Source of the DNA: Ramazzottius varieornatus
Taxonomy: Eukaryota > Animalia > Tardigrada
Assembly: GCA_001949185.1 (NCBI GenBank)
Contig: BDGG01000001.1
Location: 5,757,527 to 5,821,526 of the forward strand
Direction: 5' to 3'
Length of the DNA: 64,000 nt
Within the stretch, counting starts at the first letter, position 1, and each line of letters starts with the position of its first letter. This document shows positions 63,337 through 64,000 of this stretch, one piece after another. The notes below the pieces were generated by a model that searched no databases, had not been told where the DNA came from, and saw nothing but the letters and a program-made list of their open reading frames with translations. The translations under genes and the position numbers were made by a program.

Positions 63337-64000
63337 TGCTGGACGACCGGGTCAGAATTGCCATATGCTGTGGAGTAAACCTCGTCCAGATGTTCTGCTG
63401 GTAGAGGTCAACCTTTTAAATTACCGACGATTAGGTGTGACATTTCCGGGTAAACCAGGCACTTCGTAAAGTACGTAAGGCGCATTCGGATATTTTCGTA
63501 CAAGTTTGATTGAATGTTGCACCAGCCCAGTAAAGCGAATCTAGTTTCGTAATCAAATCGTGTTGAAGGAAATGCGCTAATGGCTCGTTACCCGTTATAA
63601 CCAGAAGTCTCAAGAGAGAGGGCATTTTGTGATATTCCACTGTCGGTACTGATATCGGGGTCGATTCCTGCGAATAGACTTATCTGTGTCGTTGTCAACA
63701 TGATGTTACTTTTGTCCGCGAAAGAAACGTTCGAGCCATCGGCTAACGACTGCATCGATGGTGTGTTCATATGACAGGAAAACATTACCCGCACCAATTT
63801 TGAACAGGTCGAGATTCGATTACAGCTTAGAAGCGACTTCAAAGGTGCGACCGGAAAGGAAGCAAAACAGCCGCAGAACAAGCAAGGTCCATGAGTACGC
63901 GGAGTAGCATGTGCGTACAGAAACATAAGTGACTCTCTGTTCTATGAATCATCGCACCCCCAGACAATCCGTACTACGAAATGGCAGCTTCGTGCCTCTT

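Overview
Compact, intron-rich eukaryotic (animal) DNA with short GT-AG introns. The gene content (dusky-type ZP protein, ANF-receptor paralogues, Ly6/quiver-like gene) is consistent with an ecdysozoan, most plausibly a tardigrade; this is inference, not verified. Gene models were assembled by hand from splice sites and frame continuity. In order: a partial exon at the start; a ~1,769-aa dusky-like ZP protein whose ZP-N domain is split by a ~1,360-aa low-complexity insert; an orphan frameshifted twitchin/titin-type Ig-Fn3 exon; an F-box-like probable pseudogene head-to-head with a divergent SKP1 paralogue; VPS45; a secreted two-module Cys-rich protein; a BEN-like protein; a Ly6/uPAR GPI-type protein; two tandem 8-Cys secreted peptides (C-T-W-H-G-T-A-P-x-C); a degraded PWWP/C2H2-like region; RasGRF; an intact arginase-fold gene lacking most Mn-binding and catalytic residues (pseudo-arginase); an RIIa-domain protein; and two tail-to-tail ANF-receptor-type single-pass proteins with no kinase-homology or cyclase domain. 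Non-coding DNA holds several MITE families and about 12 copies of a small foldback element with CAAGTGGCGCAC arms. No rRNA, tRNA or CRISPR arrays were recognised.
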